The position numbers and the translations under genes were made by a program. The notes beneath the pieces are model-generated. The model was not told the origin of the DNA. It made no database searches and worked only from the letters and a program-made list of their open reading frames with translations. A DNA stretch of 64,000 bases from Pocillopora damicornis (taxonomy: Eukaryota), in NCBI RefSeq assembly GCF_003704095.1, contig NW_020844095.1, positions 62,001 to 126,000 on the forward strand, given 5' to 3'. Below, one piece after another: positions 26,301 through 39,580 of the stretch. Numbering within the stretch: the first letter of the stretch is position 1; the number at the start of each line of letters is the position of its first letter.

Positions 26301-28454
26301 CATCTTGGTTTTATGATGATGTTTGAACGTCAGTTAACTTTACAGCGAATATGTGTGCTGACATTAAGTTTTGAGGACTTAATTTAGGACATTTTCAAGC
26401 AATTTTCCCGATTTTTAAAACACGTGTAACTCCAATCTAAATGCGCATTTGCAAATGGGCATAAAGCCCTTGACACGATGACCTCGCAAAATCCGCTCGC
26501 CCATAAGTGATTCACAAAATAGCCAGTTGCTTTTCCGTTTTGTAACATTTTTTTAACGATGACAACGACTGTGAGGAAATTTTATGTAAAAAAAAAAAGA
26601 AAGAAAAACCCGCAATTTTTCTATTCGTGGGCCTAAAAAGCATCTCTGAACTTGTCTTGCGGTAAGCTTTGTTGCGCTAATTGCTTACGTGGGCATTTTA
26701 TCTTCTGTCCTCCAAACAGGATCCGATTAGAAATTATTTCGTGGGAAATATTCAACTAAATGTTTTGAACTGATAAGGAATCTTTGACTGATACTTCCAC
26801 TCCCTCTATTCAAACATCTTCATGTCTTATCATTTCATCTTCGTTTCTTGTGCCTTTAGCTGTGAAACTTGTGTGCAGGCCCTTATGAATAGCTTTGCAG
26901 GAAGCGCGTTTCTCGTCCCGCGGGAAGATTGGAGATCGGTTCGGACGGAGGTTTGCCAGGAGTCTAGCACTATATCAGTTATACCCCTTGCAGGAGAGGC
27001 TTAGTAGGAATATTGCTCTTTCGGTTAGCGTTTTATATTATTGGCCATTTTACGGCTAACAGTTAATGTCTTCATATTGCTGTCCCCAGCAATTATTCCT
27101 ACGGTTATCCTTTTTTACAACTAACAGCCAAAAAGTGACAAAATTTACGCCTAACAGCTAAATCTCAAGCAGACTTTTTGCCGTTTCGCGTTCAGTCAAG
27201 GCTTCATACTTTCTTCTTTACCCCAAGCAAAGAAACGCTCGAACTTCAATGAGGGCCTGATTACTGGCTCTTAGTTGTAAGAAATTGAAGTGAAATCAAA
27301 CAAAATCCATTTGTAAGTTAAAAACTTATGTGACTTAAACTTAACATAAAGTTAACAAAAGTTTTAATTTTTGACAACTTAAAAGTCGAGGCAGGAGTTT
27401 TATATCATACATATAAATTTTCATTTCCATATGGACATAACGGCTTTTTGCGATTAACGACACCTTTCGGCAACCAGCGGGCCTCGCTACCTGAGTGCTT
27501 GCACTAATATTTCTACGACATGTACCTTAGAAATAGCCATGTTAGGGAATTTAAAATGGATCAAGAGATTACTTTTGTCTAATTTTATTAAAAGAAGCAA
27601 AACTTTCTGACAATTTCCAACAATTGCAAGGAGATTTTGTTATCACGTTGGATTAAGTTAGAAGAATTTGAGTCTTGTTGCACTTGGCTAAGATTGAAAC
27701 ATGCATGTGTTAAAGCTTGTCAATACAAATTGATCGATTCGCTTTTCATGATTAACTCCAATGTTTTTTTCAAAATTGGTCACAGAATGATCTCGTGTGC
27801 ACTTTTATCATTTAAACTACGGTGTTATACAACGATTTCCAGCCCTGAGAAAAGCCGTAACAACACACGTGTAAAAATACGATATTCTTTCACGCGTGTT
27901 TGATATCGCCAATAAGCAGCTGACACGACACTCGCCTTTCGCGCTACTCGGTCAAGTTGATAAATGGACGATAAAGCCTTCAGATTCTCAATACAAGATA
28001 GTTTCTCGGATGATGGCCGCTATACGCTAAAAAATCCGTATCGCTCACAGACAATGACGTTCAAACTTTCCTGTAAGGGGAAGAAAATCAATTATGTAAT
28101 ATACGAATAGAAAAACCGAAAGTTACGTATTGGGTGGCTATGGTGATGGCATTTCTCGCGGCTGAGAATGAAAATCGACAACTGGAAGATTTGCCGCAGG
28201 CCGATTTTAGCCGTTTATCGGAAAGACTTCTTCTGTCGGTAAGGACAAAGTCGATAAATAAGAATTTTATAAATTGAAAATTGCGCCCATTGTTCTTTTT
28301 ATAATCATGATTCAACGCATTTTTTCATCTTAAGAGTTAGCGCCAATGCACTCCTCGATTGTTATTTGGGGCTTGTCGATTCATTTATTTTCACCCATGA
28401 ATGAAGCCGGCTTTTCTTTTCAGTAAAGGGCTATTGTGTTTCTACGATAAACAA

Positions 28455-28604
28455 AATAATACATGGTTGCTTGTAGATTTGTAGATATGGAATGTCTCTC
28501 ATCGTGTTCAACTCAACATCTCACTCGTTCGCTGCGCTCCTTCGTGAGCTATCGAGTCGAACAATCGAAGAGAAATTCCATATCTACGTGCACCCATGTA
28601 TTAT
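28455..28604. mobile_element. Palindromic MITE-like element
   Basis: Inverted arms aataatacatgg...gtagatatggaat / attccatatctac...ccatgtattatt around a ctcactcgttcgctgcgctccttcgtgag core. Confidence 0.65.
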
Positions 28605-29674
28605 TCTCTATTTAGCACACAGAACCCAAGCTCTTACACATTTTGTTTAGATAATTGTCCTCATTCCAAGCAGTTTTAAAATGCTTAGGTAACTACTGTC
28701 AAATCGGAAAGCTAATGTTTCCATAAAAAATATCCTATTTGGAATCATAACTAAAGAATGCTCTTTAACGAATTTGCAGATTGCAATTGATTTATTGGAA
28801 AAATCTTTAAGTAGGCAGAGTTGACCTTTCCACTTAGCATATCCTATTTGGATGAGTATTTGTACAATGCAAAATAATTCTGTGGCACTACAGGAGAGGT
28901 CAGCTCATTCATAGAATTCAAAAAAGAATTTTGAAAAGATTATCGATAATAAAGACTGTCTGGAGAGGGATAGTGAAGTCAATTTGAATGAATATAACTA
29001 GTTAAGAGTCGGAAAACATCAAAGTCAGCCCTATATCAGTGTTGTGCATTAAGTATGTCAGCAATTGCTGAAACAATTACTGAGGTATGAATAATGAAAA
29101 CGCCAATTCAAAAGAAAATTGAGAGCAGAATTGCATTTTATAAAGTATAATTGAACATTATAACTGGTTCAATCATATACTATTGTGCTGTAGCCTTTAT
29201 CACGTCAGATCTCAAGGAGCTGTTACCCGTTTATAGGCGTACACACTTTCAAACTTGTTCACAATACCTACAATGTATCTGTAGCTTAATACTACGGGTT
29301 TATGCCAAACTTGAATGCACCTTTAATAAACTCTCAGATAAACAAATGTAAAGATTAAAGATGTGTAAACGTGTAAACGTGATTCGTCTGAAAATAAATA
29401 ATAATACAAATATCTACATACAAATGTGATAACGACACGAATCACGGCTACCGGGGTTACGTAAACCTTACGTTAACTATCTAAAATAATTTGGCAGTTC
29501 TTAATGATAAACAAATGCAAATGCAAATTCTAGTTGCTACGACGGTATCATTTAAAAATGTCAAAATCTTAGGTTTTTTCATATACGTTATATTCCTATT
29601 AATATAATAACTCTGCTATTAAAATACGTTGCTTTACATGTCCATAACAATTCTGGAAAACAGTACCGGTTTGT

Positions 29675-29676
<2 letters not shown>

Positions 29677-29712
<36 letters not shown>

Positions 29713-29724
29713 GTTATTATTATT
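29677..29724. repeat. (TTA)n microsatellite
   Basis: About 15 tta units with one ttg interruption. Confidence 0.95.
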
Positions 29725-30049
29725 TGATCTAGGAATGGACCTAAGAAGGAAATTAAAATTAGTGTGTTTTAAAACAATGAAAACCAATAATTCACCCCTT
29801 TTTGCCTTTTTCAACAAATTCCAGATATTATCATTAGATGCAGCTAAATAGTACTAGATAAGGCAGGAGATTTAGCAAGCTCTATTGAGCTTTCAGAAAG
29901 ATTGTGCTATAGTATTCTCATTTATTTGATACAAAAGGCGTTCATAGTTCTGTTTCAATAGTAACAGGGAAATTAAATACACGAAAATACACGTAAAAAG
30001 AGTTTTATCTTTAATAACACCCAACATAAACACCTTAAAGTACATTATA

Positions 30050-30365
30050 TGGCAGATTTTGGATATATAATTTTAGCAACTTCATAGACAAATGAAATGA
30101 CTTTATGCCTCTAATGTCACTCGTAAACTTGCTCCATAGAAATGCTCCTCCATACCTAGCAAAAAATTTCCACAATTCGTTCTTGTATATACAATATGTA
30201 TTTTGGATTTTGATCGTGTATCATAAGTCGCATTTTGTCATTTTTAGGAAAGAAATTATCAAAATACATTGGTAGATTGCTGTGGTTATATAATTACATG
30301 AAAATTACTATAACATATGTGTTGAGCTGATGATATATATTCAATATTTTTAAAGATTCAAGCTA
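30050..30365 (-). mobile_element. Degenerate LINE (CR1/L2-like) ORF2 3' end
   Basis: Minus-strand translation across stops and frameshifts gives LKILNIYHQLNTY...FM*LYNHSNLPMYFDNFF...TRTNCG...RYGGAFLWS...IRGIKSFHL..KLLK, the usual post-RT C-terminal pattern of these LINEs. Confidence 0.6.
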
Positions 30366-32377
30366 TGGCGTCGATTCTTCCGTGCGATTCGAAAAGGTCA
30401 TTACTCTCATTCATCTTTTCTGAATCTGGAATATAGACTGTAATCTCGTTGAATACGCACTTGTCCAAACGACGTTGCAATATGTTAGATCTAGATATAA
30501 CATAGTGTTATACAGTATTTTAAGTGTTGGAAGGGATAGTTACGTAGTGTCTCGCCTGATCATTATACCTGTCATCTTTGACACTTTCATTGCAATGTGA
30601 TTAATATGGTGTTTCTACGATAGTTCCTCATTAAGCTATGAACAGAGTCTTTTTACAAGAAATTTTAAGTACGGTAACTTTGTCAATGGTCGGGGACATT
30701 TTCTCATGAATCATATAGGCTCGTTGCTGTATTATCTTTTACTTTAGTTTGAAAAGGCTTTGAACCAAGATTTCCTTGAAACTCCGCTTAAAGATAAATC
30801 TTGATTTGTAGGTTTCAGTTTACTGGCTGAAAAAAATTGGAGACATCGAGGTCAGTTTGGAGTTTTAGGCGTATGAAGCGATAATCAAGGGTGGATCTTA
30901 AACACTGTAACAACATATCGTAACCAACTGTTATATAATAAAGTCCATGCAATGATCACTGCTTGTAAGCAATAATCACGGATTTTCTGATACGCTTTTA
31001 AATAATACTTAAGACATAAACAAATGATGGTGTCGATTCATCAGAAAGTTACTGTTCAATGATAACTTAACACTTTTAAACTACTTAACACGTTTCAGTT
31101 TTCTCAGTATCATCTGTGAGGTTTTATGTTTCTTTTTCCCAAGAAAAATGCAAAAATTTAATGCAAGTGACAAAGGTTGGGCAGATGTTCTAAATACCGA
31201 CATCGAAGATAACGTTGGAGATTTCTCGATCAACGCTTGAAACGCATTTGTGTATCTTGAATGGTGCAAATTCAAGCATGAACGTTTGTATCCGTTTCAC
31301 CATTCATACATTTCGATGGAATTGAAAATAATTGCTAAATAAAATCATCATCAATTTCGGTGCATGACCTTGGCTAAGCTTTAATGAATGTTATCTCCTG
31401 AAAGGTCTAGTATAGCAGTTAAACGTTTTGATTCAAAATACTTCAAGTGTCACGAAAGATACATTTCGGTTTATTTACATGTTATTTAACTCTTTTGGCT
31501 GGCAGTATCTCAAGATCGATACCTCTGCACTTATAAAGGAAGTTCTAGAAATTTCACACTTTTGTCGGATAAGACATTGAAACTACAAAGCGAAGCTAGT
31601 GAATAGACATCCTTAGGGGTTAAAACGTTTATTCATCAAAGTTCATGAAATAATGTATCATCTGACTGACAGTATGAATGGATAACTTACTTCGTTCATG
31701 CACGTGCCGTTTGACCTCTATACGGCTAAGTTATGTAATGCATTACGTAATTATAAAATAACTTAGCGCTTTGCACTGAGGTCACGCGTTCATGAGAAAC
31801 AACTGAAGCATTTATGATGTCCAACGAGTGGACCTTTAGAAAACCTTCTATTCACCCTGCAGTTGGCCAGATTACGCATTAAATGCCTATTTTAGTCCTT
31901 ATTTGACCAGATCCGATTAAAGAGGGATTGTCTTTCCATTTTATGTACATCAAGACTGCTACGTTCATCTGAACTACAGATGAAATAAGAAACAATTAAT
32001 TGAAAGATCACTACCAAAACTCATCGACAGTTCAATATAGACAACTAGTATGTTAATTTATATCGTTACGCCTGGAACCTTGAACAAAATTGGAACACAA
32101 GGATCAATTGGAATCCATCTGAGTGGACACTGATTTTCAAAAAAAAAGGTTTTCTCGAGGATGAAAACTACCCATAAAATTTTAACTTAAAATTGATTGC
32201 CTTTTCTTGACTTTTCATTTAATAGTTTGTTTTCGCACTCCGAATTCGTGGAGAACAGAATGTAATCACTTAATTGTTGATCATCTTTTCGCGAGTAACA
32301 ATAAATGAAGGTGGCTAACGTCTATCAGCACGAGGCCCCGCCGCATGTCAAATATAAGAAAAGAGGTAATAATTCAA

Positions 32378-32404
32378 GTCACGTGCACAGTGGGTATATA
32401 AAAA
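32378..32404 (+). promoter_or_regulatory. E-box (GTCACGTG) plus TATA box upstream of CSTEL gene 2
   Basis: GTCACGTG at 32378-32385 and TATATAAAAA at 32395-32404, about 70 nt before the ATG at 32470. Confidence 0.6.
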
Positions 32405-32469
32405 ACACGACATCTTTCGTGTACATAAGTTATCAATTCATGGCGTAGTTTCGATCAAACGTTTATAAC

Positions 32470-32904
32470 ATGAAATGTGAATTACGCAAAGTTTGGGCAA
32501 TTGTTACTTCAAAGAAGTCAGAAAAACAACCGAGGCCACGCTCTAAGTCCATTTCCTGCTCAAGAGAAGCTTCACATCCAGAAGCCAGTATTCTCTTTCA
32601 TAACAAAGAATTTGAGATTGAAAAACAGACTCACATCCCCTACCGTATCAGGCAAAGGCGACGACGATCTCAGCCTGAAGGAAGAAAAGGCCAAATAGGT
32701 CGTGGCGACCCACGGAATAGCAGCCCTTCTATTAAGAGAGAGATGGACGCCAGTAAAAAACGTCTTTCCACAGACTTTCTGCAAGGCCTTGAGATCGAGG
32801 ACAAACAAGCAATTTGGAATCCACTTAAATTAACGAAAGTCTTCAGTGACACTAGTATTCAAGATGGTTTTTTGACAACCACACTTTGTTCAACAGAGCT
32901 TTGA
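32470..32904 (+). CDS. CSTEL-family gene 2, single coding exon, 144 aa, ending QDGFLTTTLCSTEL
   Basis: ATG with A at -3, proximal TATA box, RPRSKS and RRRSQP motifs, shared C-terminus. Confidence 0.85.
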   Translation: MKCELRKVWAIVTSKKSEKQPRPRSKSISCSREASHPEASILFHNKEFEIEKQTHIPYRIRQRRRRSQPEGRKGQIGRGDPRNSSPSIKREMDASKKRLSTDFLQGLEIEDKQAIWNPLKLTKVFSDTSIQDGFLTTTLCSTEL

Positions 32905-33102
32905 GCTTCACAGGCTTCCAGACCAAACGTCGCCGGTCCATAGGTTTTTAGTCGGTGAAAAATTTAACGCTACTTCATGTGGTGTTCTGCAATTACATGG
33001 TCTGATGTCCTTCTATTTTGAATCTAGCATGAGGGCTCATGGAAACTGAACAAAGAAATCCTTGACAAGACATTTCTTTTCTGGCTTCATTGCTTCAGGC
33101 GA

Positions 33103-33157
33103 TGTACCCACCTACTACGCTTGTGTTCGATTGTACCCACCTACTACGCTTGTGTTC
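33103..33157. repeat. Tandem duplication (period 29) in the probable 3' UTR of gene 2
   Basis: tgtacccacctactacgcttgtgttc starts at both 33103 and 33132. Confidence 0.9.
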
Positions 33158-34484
33158 AACCTTTTTGTTGTATAATACATCGTCTCTCATAATTCCACTG
33201 TGGGCAGCTCTACGAATTTCACATTTTAGCCATCTCTGAAGGACTTCAGCATGAATCAAAGATCAACCGGAGCCGCTGTTGCATTTAAAACACATGTGTA
33301 TATATGTAGAGGTATTCAATACATTTAAGTATGCACTCAGACCACTACCGGATGATGCGAATGATACGAGCTATCATTTATCGGAATAATCATTAGGAAA
33401 CGTTGGGCTTAGATTCTATATTTTCCTGTTATCAATGAAAGCATGGGTCTAATGTGACGCACATAACCGTGTCACTTAGAAAATAGGATTATTAAGTTCG
33501 TAGTTTAACACTATCTACATAAACTTGACCCTAAGGTAAAAAACCTGCGCCAAAGGGAGACAATAAAGCTGATTTCTTTTTGTCCAACAGATAGATATCA
33601 TATCGTTCGTGAACATTTTGGGTTTGTATACACAACTTTAATGAGATACTCCAGATTTGAAACCTATACCTCCCCTCCCCCCAAAAAAACATATATTATT
33701 ACTGCAAAATCAACGATGAAGCATCTACGTTTGTATTTGAAATCGACTTCAATTTTGTATTACACTCCTAAGCGTCTAATTTTGGGACTGAGGCTGAACT
33801 TTCCTATCTTCGGTTTTTTTTTTTTTGTTTTTTTTTTTTTGCATATTGAGCTTAAAAACATTCTTAACATCTTCTTGAAGTTGTGAGGTAGTATTTCATG
33901 ATGAATCACCTAGATTGTGACCAGACTAAGTTCGATTACAAACTGAGTTGTTCTTCGGTGTATCGTGTTAATCAGAATAAGTTGATCACAATTTTAAAAG
34001 TAATTGATTTTGCAGAAGTGGGAAAGTACTGTGGATCGTACTGTAGACGTAGTAAATAAAGTGACTTTTATTCAATTTGCCATTTTGCCATACAAAGCTT
34101 CATTGATATCGTGAACTTAACCCCTACGAGAGTCCTAAATTTATTTTTGAATCGATCTCTTCGAAGAGTGTTGTCATTTAACAGAAAAAAAGTCATCGAT
34201 TGAGTTAGGCTTGGGTCAAACATACAACCCCCCTTCCGGTTGCATCTTGCTAATTTGATGTCTGTTTGCCTTCGCAAACTGTAATCCAATAGTATTTTTC
34301 GCCTGCAAAAAACTCTATGGTCCCAGAAAAGCAGTTTAAAACATCGTGACTTTACTTCTCATAGCATTTGTAAAGTTCATTTGGATGATTGACGTGGTTG
34401 TTGCAGAGGGTGAGAATGTCTGAAAACAGCATTTGGTTCAAAGGCTTTCAGTTTTCTGTGATCTGCCTAAAAGTTTGAGACGGA

Positions 34485-34835
34485 TGTCTTTTTCGTCTTG
34501 TCATGAGCTTGGGAGAAAGAAAAAATTCTGAGTACCCTCGAATAGGAATCGAGCCTTCGCGCTCCGATGCTCTACCACTGAGCCACAGAGACTCCACGGT
34601 GAGCGAGGTCTATTACGAAGTTCATATGACACGCGTCCTACATACTGTTAGGATCAACAATGTCTACAGCGTAATGTTTTTAGATAGAATTAAGAGAGAT
34701 GGTAAGTTTTAATCTCGGTGAAGAAATAGGGAAAGACATTTTTTTCGTCTTGTCACGAGCGTGGGACAAGACGAAAAAAAAGATGTTTCTCTATTTCTTT
34801 ACCGAACTCAAAACTTATACTCTCTCTTATTTCTA
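34485..34835 (-). mobile_element. tRNA-derived SINE-like repeat (degenerate copy at ~10170-10370)
   Basis: Minus strand has A-box TGGCTCAGTGGTAGAGC and B-box-like GGCTCGATTCC; tttttcgtcttgtca(t/c)gagc occurs at ~34488 and ~34741. Confidence 0.6.
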
Positions 34836-37800
34836 TCTACATAAAAGTCATTTGAACTTGGCCATCATTCTCCGTACCCGTAATGTGCCCTTATTTACGC
34901 TCTTTTATTATTAAAAATTTTAATTATTAATTAATTAATTATTTTAAAATTTTCAAATAAGAACCTTTTTATAAGAACGTTCAGACTGAGATAAACCAAA
35001 ATTTTAAGAACATACCAAGCACATACCCAAACTGAGAGTCATTCAAGAACGTCTTTACTTTGCTCTTTTTTGTGAGCAGTAAAAATAAAGGTAAAAGAAA
35101 TGTAAAACTGTGGTCTGAAGAGAAAGTTAACTGAAATACATAGGGGCCCTTTTTAAACAATGATAATAAAATAAGGTTTTCCTATTGCACGATACGCTGG
35201 AGAACAGCTCAGTTTGTATTATGGTTAAACTTAGACCGCTCACGTCCGCACTGATTGCTATTGAAATACTATAACTCACAGCTTTAAATGTTAAGAACGT
35301 TTTTAGGGTCAAATCGCAAAAAAAATAATAATAAAGCTCAGCTTCAGCCCCACAATTAGACGCTCTTAGCAAATAAAAGGAGTGTAATACAAAAATGAAG
35401 TCCATTCCATTTTAAATACAAACATTCTTCCTCACGAACACTGATTTTGCAGCGAGTAACCAAATGCAAATAAAATGTAACTCGACTTCCACTTTAAGCT
35501 AAGCATTTCGATTTAGTGCATCTGAAAATACCAATCACAAAGGCTCCTAAAATGAATAATCAAGCTTCTGTTATTTTGTTAAAAAAAAGTGCTAGTTGTT
35601 CATCGTGATGAGAAAAGATAAGAGATTGGTCAATATTCCCCACCTGGAGGAGGGGGGGAGGCAGAGTCGGAGGATTTTGCTCGAATCACAATAAAATTTA
35701 CCCGATCCCGATAAGGTCTCTGTAGTATTCTAATGACACTGCCCCCCCACCCCGTCCCCCAATTAGCTGTCATATGTCTCCTCCTTAGACGAGGTTAGAG
35801 ACGAATGAACACTCTTCGTTTCCCCTGAATACCATTTGATCCTCCCCAAAATGCTCAACCCTCTCCTCCCCCTACACGGGGCATTCAATAAAGACAGGTC
35901 CCCTTAAAAATGAAGTATCATCGTTTATCTCATGAAATAAACCATAGTTACTCTTCGTCATAAGGTGACGTGGAACCAGTCGAACCCATCGCCTAAAAAA
36001 GAAATTTTGGAATGGAGCAGTTTTGTTTGAGGATCAACGGATTTCATCTTAAAAAAGCCCTAAATTGCAAAATTTTGTCAAATTACAATGAATAATTAAA
36101 TAAAAAAAATAAGCAACTCAACATCATTGAAAATGCAGTGGATTGGGGATTAGTTGGAGAATTCTTGCCCAGATTCCGTTTTCTTTTCGAAACTTTTCAA
36201 ACTGGATATAGCTTTGTTCATCATCCTTTGGTCCTGGTTGCCATGTTACGTTGTCGCTTATCGACTAAAGTTTCATTTTTTTTAATATCTAGGATAGTTA
36301 AGCGATTTAATCGCAAACTCTGTTTCTTAAACACCAGCAAANNNNNNNNNNNNNNNNNNNNNNNNNNNNCCCCCCCCCCCCCGAAAAAATAATAGCAACA
36401 TTGAACTGGCACTAAAGAAGAGAAGCAAAGCGTACACATGTTTGAACACCCATAGAAACTTCATTACTACCATGATAACGTCGCAACGACGCGCCAGGCC
36501 AAAACACTGCGTAAACAACCTGATTTGTATCTCAACCTACACCACCTTAAAGAATACCGTCGAAACACCGCGACAAACACCGGAAGTACTTGCATCGTGG
36601 AACTTCCTATAAATAATTTATTGTTTATGTCTGTCTCATTTCGGTGACCTCTCGGTTCACTAGTGACCTTAAAATTCCAAATTCTACATGTCGGTGAACC
36701 TAGAAGCGAGCAGACACAGTGTTGAGTTTCAAGTCGGTTATCAATCCAAGAATTGACTTCCTCGCGTAAGACAAAAACCGCGACCGCTCCGTCATATTAT
36801 ACGCATTGCCCGCAAAATTGACGGGCAATGCGTGTTTTTCGTTATGAATCACTTTTTAAACGGCGGATAAAAGGGAACTGAAACCACCCTATTTCATTAC
36901 ATTAACCTTGCTAAGAGACGGGTTATTTTCTAAAATTTCTCCCACCCTCCAAGACTATTATACTGACGATCCTACTCTCATTGGCAGTCTATTTTTTGTT
37001 GTCCCCTCTCTATACTCTGTTAACGACGACTGATCTCCCCCCCCCCCCCCCGTACATTTCCCCTTAAATCGTATCATCGCCCCCCAAAAGCCCCCGACCC
37101 TCCCTCCCTCCTCAGGCAATTGATAACGACTATTAACTATCTTTCATTAAGCCAGGTATTGTCTTTCCAATAGAAAGAAACGTGAGGGCATTCGTTTTTG
37201 GCAGATATCAGGTTCCACATCACAAATTTTCCAAACACGATAACCGTTAACAGACTTTTTAACTTTATTTTAAACCTTATTTTCACTACTACTTGAGTAG
37301 TGTTCATTATTGCGAGGATCGCTTCCATGTTCATTTCTTTATCCACATTTGACATAGATGATATTCATATATTTACAGTCATTTAGACTTTTTAGTAATC
37401 GAACCAACTTCTTAGTCGCGATATACAAGTAAAGTCTTTAAAGTCCTTAGATTACAACTTAAAACAAGAACCTAGAAAAAAAAACCGCATTCATATCTTT
37501 TAGCATCCGCCTCTCAGCAAAATTAACTTGTGACTCCCTGGCGAAAGAATAGGCAGCTACTTATGTCTGCTCCTTTCAAATGACTTTAGATCTTTGAAGG
37601 GTAGACACAATGAGCAAAAACTACTCACAGGGAAAGAAGAAAAACAAAAAAACATTGGAAAGACATCGTTTGTTCCTTTTCGGTGTTTTCGTTTACGTTT
37701 GTAAATTGTTTCACTGTTCATTGGATTCGAGATAACCAAGCAGCTCAGATATAATTCCATTTACCTAGGTTTCCTTTTTTTTCCTCTACAAGTCCTTAAG

Positions 37801-39256
37801 ACGTTTGTGAAAAGGTAGCTAAAAGTAGTTACTCATTCAATAGATATCTACCCCGTACTACTTGCCATACTCAAGGTAAACTCCTCTATGGGTAAAACAA
37901 TTATAATCGCCGATCCAAGTGCCAAATGTTTTTAGAATCGGCCAAACTTTACCACTTCTGGAGAAAAGAAGAAGGTGCGAACATCTGACAGATCACGCCA
38001 GCTTGACTAAGTAAAATTCTTCGAAAGTTTACGGCGTAATCATAAATGCACAATTTATCTAAAAGTGAACATAAGTCTTGCTCCTCCTGAATTGCGGACG
38101 AAGTTTAGCAAAGAAACCGCAATCACAGCGGGCTATTGTCTTATCGTAGAAGCCTGTCACGTTTTTATTTGTTTTACCCTTTTTAGAACATTAAGCCACT
38201 CTGATAGTATCCCTGAGTCACGTGGTAAACTTAATACCTCCGATGAATTAGCTTTTATCAGACCACTTAGATACGCTTCATAGTTTACGTCTGTTGGGAC
38301 AAAACACCTAAATTCTTAGCAGTAGCCCGAGTCTCGAAAAATCTAACAAACAAGCCATCCTTTTCCGAACTCTAATTATTTTTGAAAGATTTGCATTACG
38401 AGGTAGCACTACTTACAGTGAACAATTTTTTTTAGTTTATTTACAATGATCACGTAGGTTGAATGAAATTGTGCATTCTTATCTTTTTCAAAGCGAAGCA
38501 ACGTATTTATCCAGTAACTAACTAAATGTCAGCATGCGGGTCACCCAGACTAGAGGCGATGAACAAACGTTAACTAATGTTATAATAACTTTGACAGTAC
38601 ATCCGCAAGCAACTTCATAATTGCGATCTCTGTCAACTGTTGTTACTGTTTTCATTTCTTATCATAGCTGCAAGTAAAAAACACCACACTCGAAGAGCTG
38701 ACTGATAACTTTGAAATGCTCCTTCCATGCAAACATTCCGTAAACGTTAATTTCAGTGATAGCTTCAAACTGGAAATAACCAGAAAAAGGTTTTCCTTCC
38801 ACCTTTTACTGGAAATTAAAACAAGTTTATAGATTTTTGACTTGTGGTTGGAGCATTCTCATCTTTCATTTTTCGCATGTCTTTGTCTCAGCGTACATGC
38901 GTAACACACATAATTCAAGTCGTTGAGCAGCAAGCATGATGTAAGAGACAACGAAGGATGCAGTAAATATATGATATCTTATAAATATTTTGCCCATAGC
39001 CATAGCTGCAAAGAGTTGCCAGATTATCTTGTTTGTCGCCAGAGTTAAATCACTTTTACCAGAAACTTTATCTATAAACATCCTCAAGAAAAAGAAATAC
39101 TTAATGATACTGGCCGACTCTATCCTCAACTTATGGAGGTTTTTCAAATGGGAGCGTCGATTGCCAGAAGTCGGTAACCAGTGGCAACAAGTCAAGAAAA
39201 AACTGAAAAGAGGCAACACCTTGTTAGAAGGAGTGCTTGTTTTGGCTACCTTTCAA

Positions 39257-39580
39257 TCAAAGCTCCGTTGAACAGAGTGTTGTAGTAGGCAGCTCTTGAA
39301 AGCTTGAAGCATCCAGTTTAGTACTGAAATGTTGGTCGAATGCCTCATCAGTTGAATAGCACTGAAAGCGCCTCACATGTGGAACGGACTTGCTTCTACC
39401 CTGGCGACGTTTTTTTGCGATTTCCGCCATGTCTATGATTTGGGCTTCCACTTCACTAAAACTGTTTTCCATCACTGGGGTCGAATTACCGCTGCAAGAA
39501 GAAGTTTCCCTGGACGCTGAGCTGATATTCAAAGAAATGGATCGACGCCTTGGTATTTTACCATACTTTAACTTCTCCAT
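39257..39580 (-). CDS. CSTEL-family gene 3, single coding exon, 107 aa, ending QELPTTTLCSTEL
   Basis: ATG-initiated ORF with RRRSIS and RSKSVP motifs and the shared C-terminus. Confidence 0.85.
   Translation of the reverse strand: MEKLKYGKIPRRRSISLNISSASRETSSCSGNSTPVMENSFSEVEAQIIDMAEIAKKRRQGRSKSVPHVRRFQCYSTDEAFDQHFSTKLDASSFQELPTTTLCSTEL

Noticed and set aside
28820-29140. Possible degenerate transposase fragment (SYLDEYLY)
   Set aside because: Too short and too interrupted to support without a search.
38912-38935. Minus-strand C-S-T-T-stop downstream of gene 3
   Set aside because: It lacks the [ED]-L ending and has no supporting ORF; probably chance.
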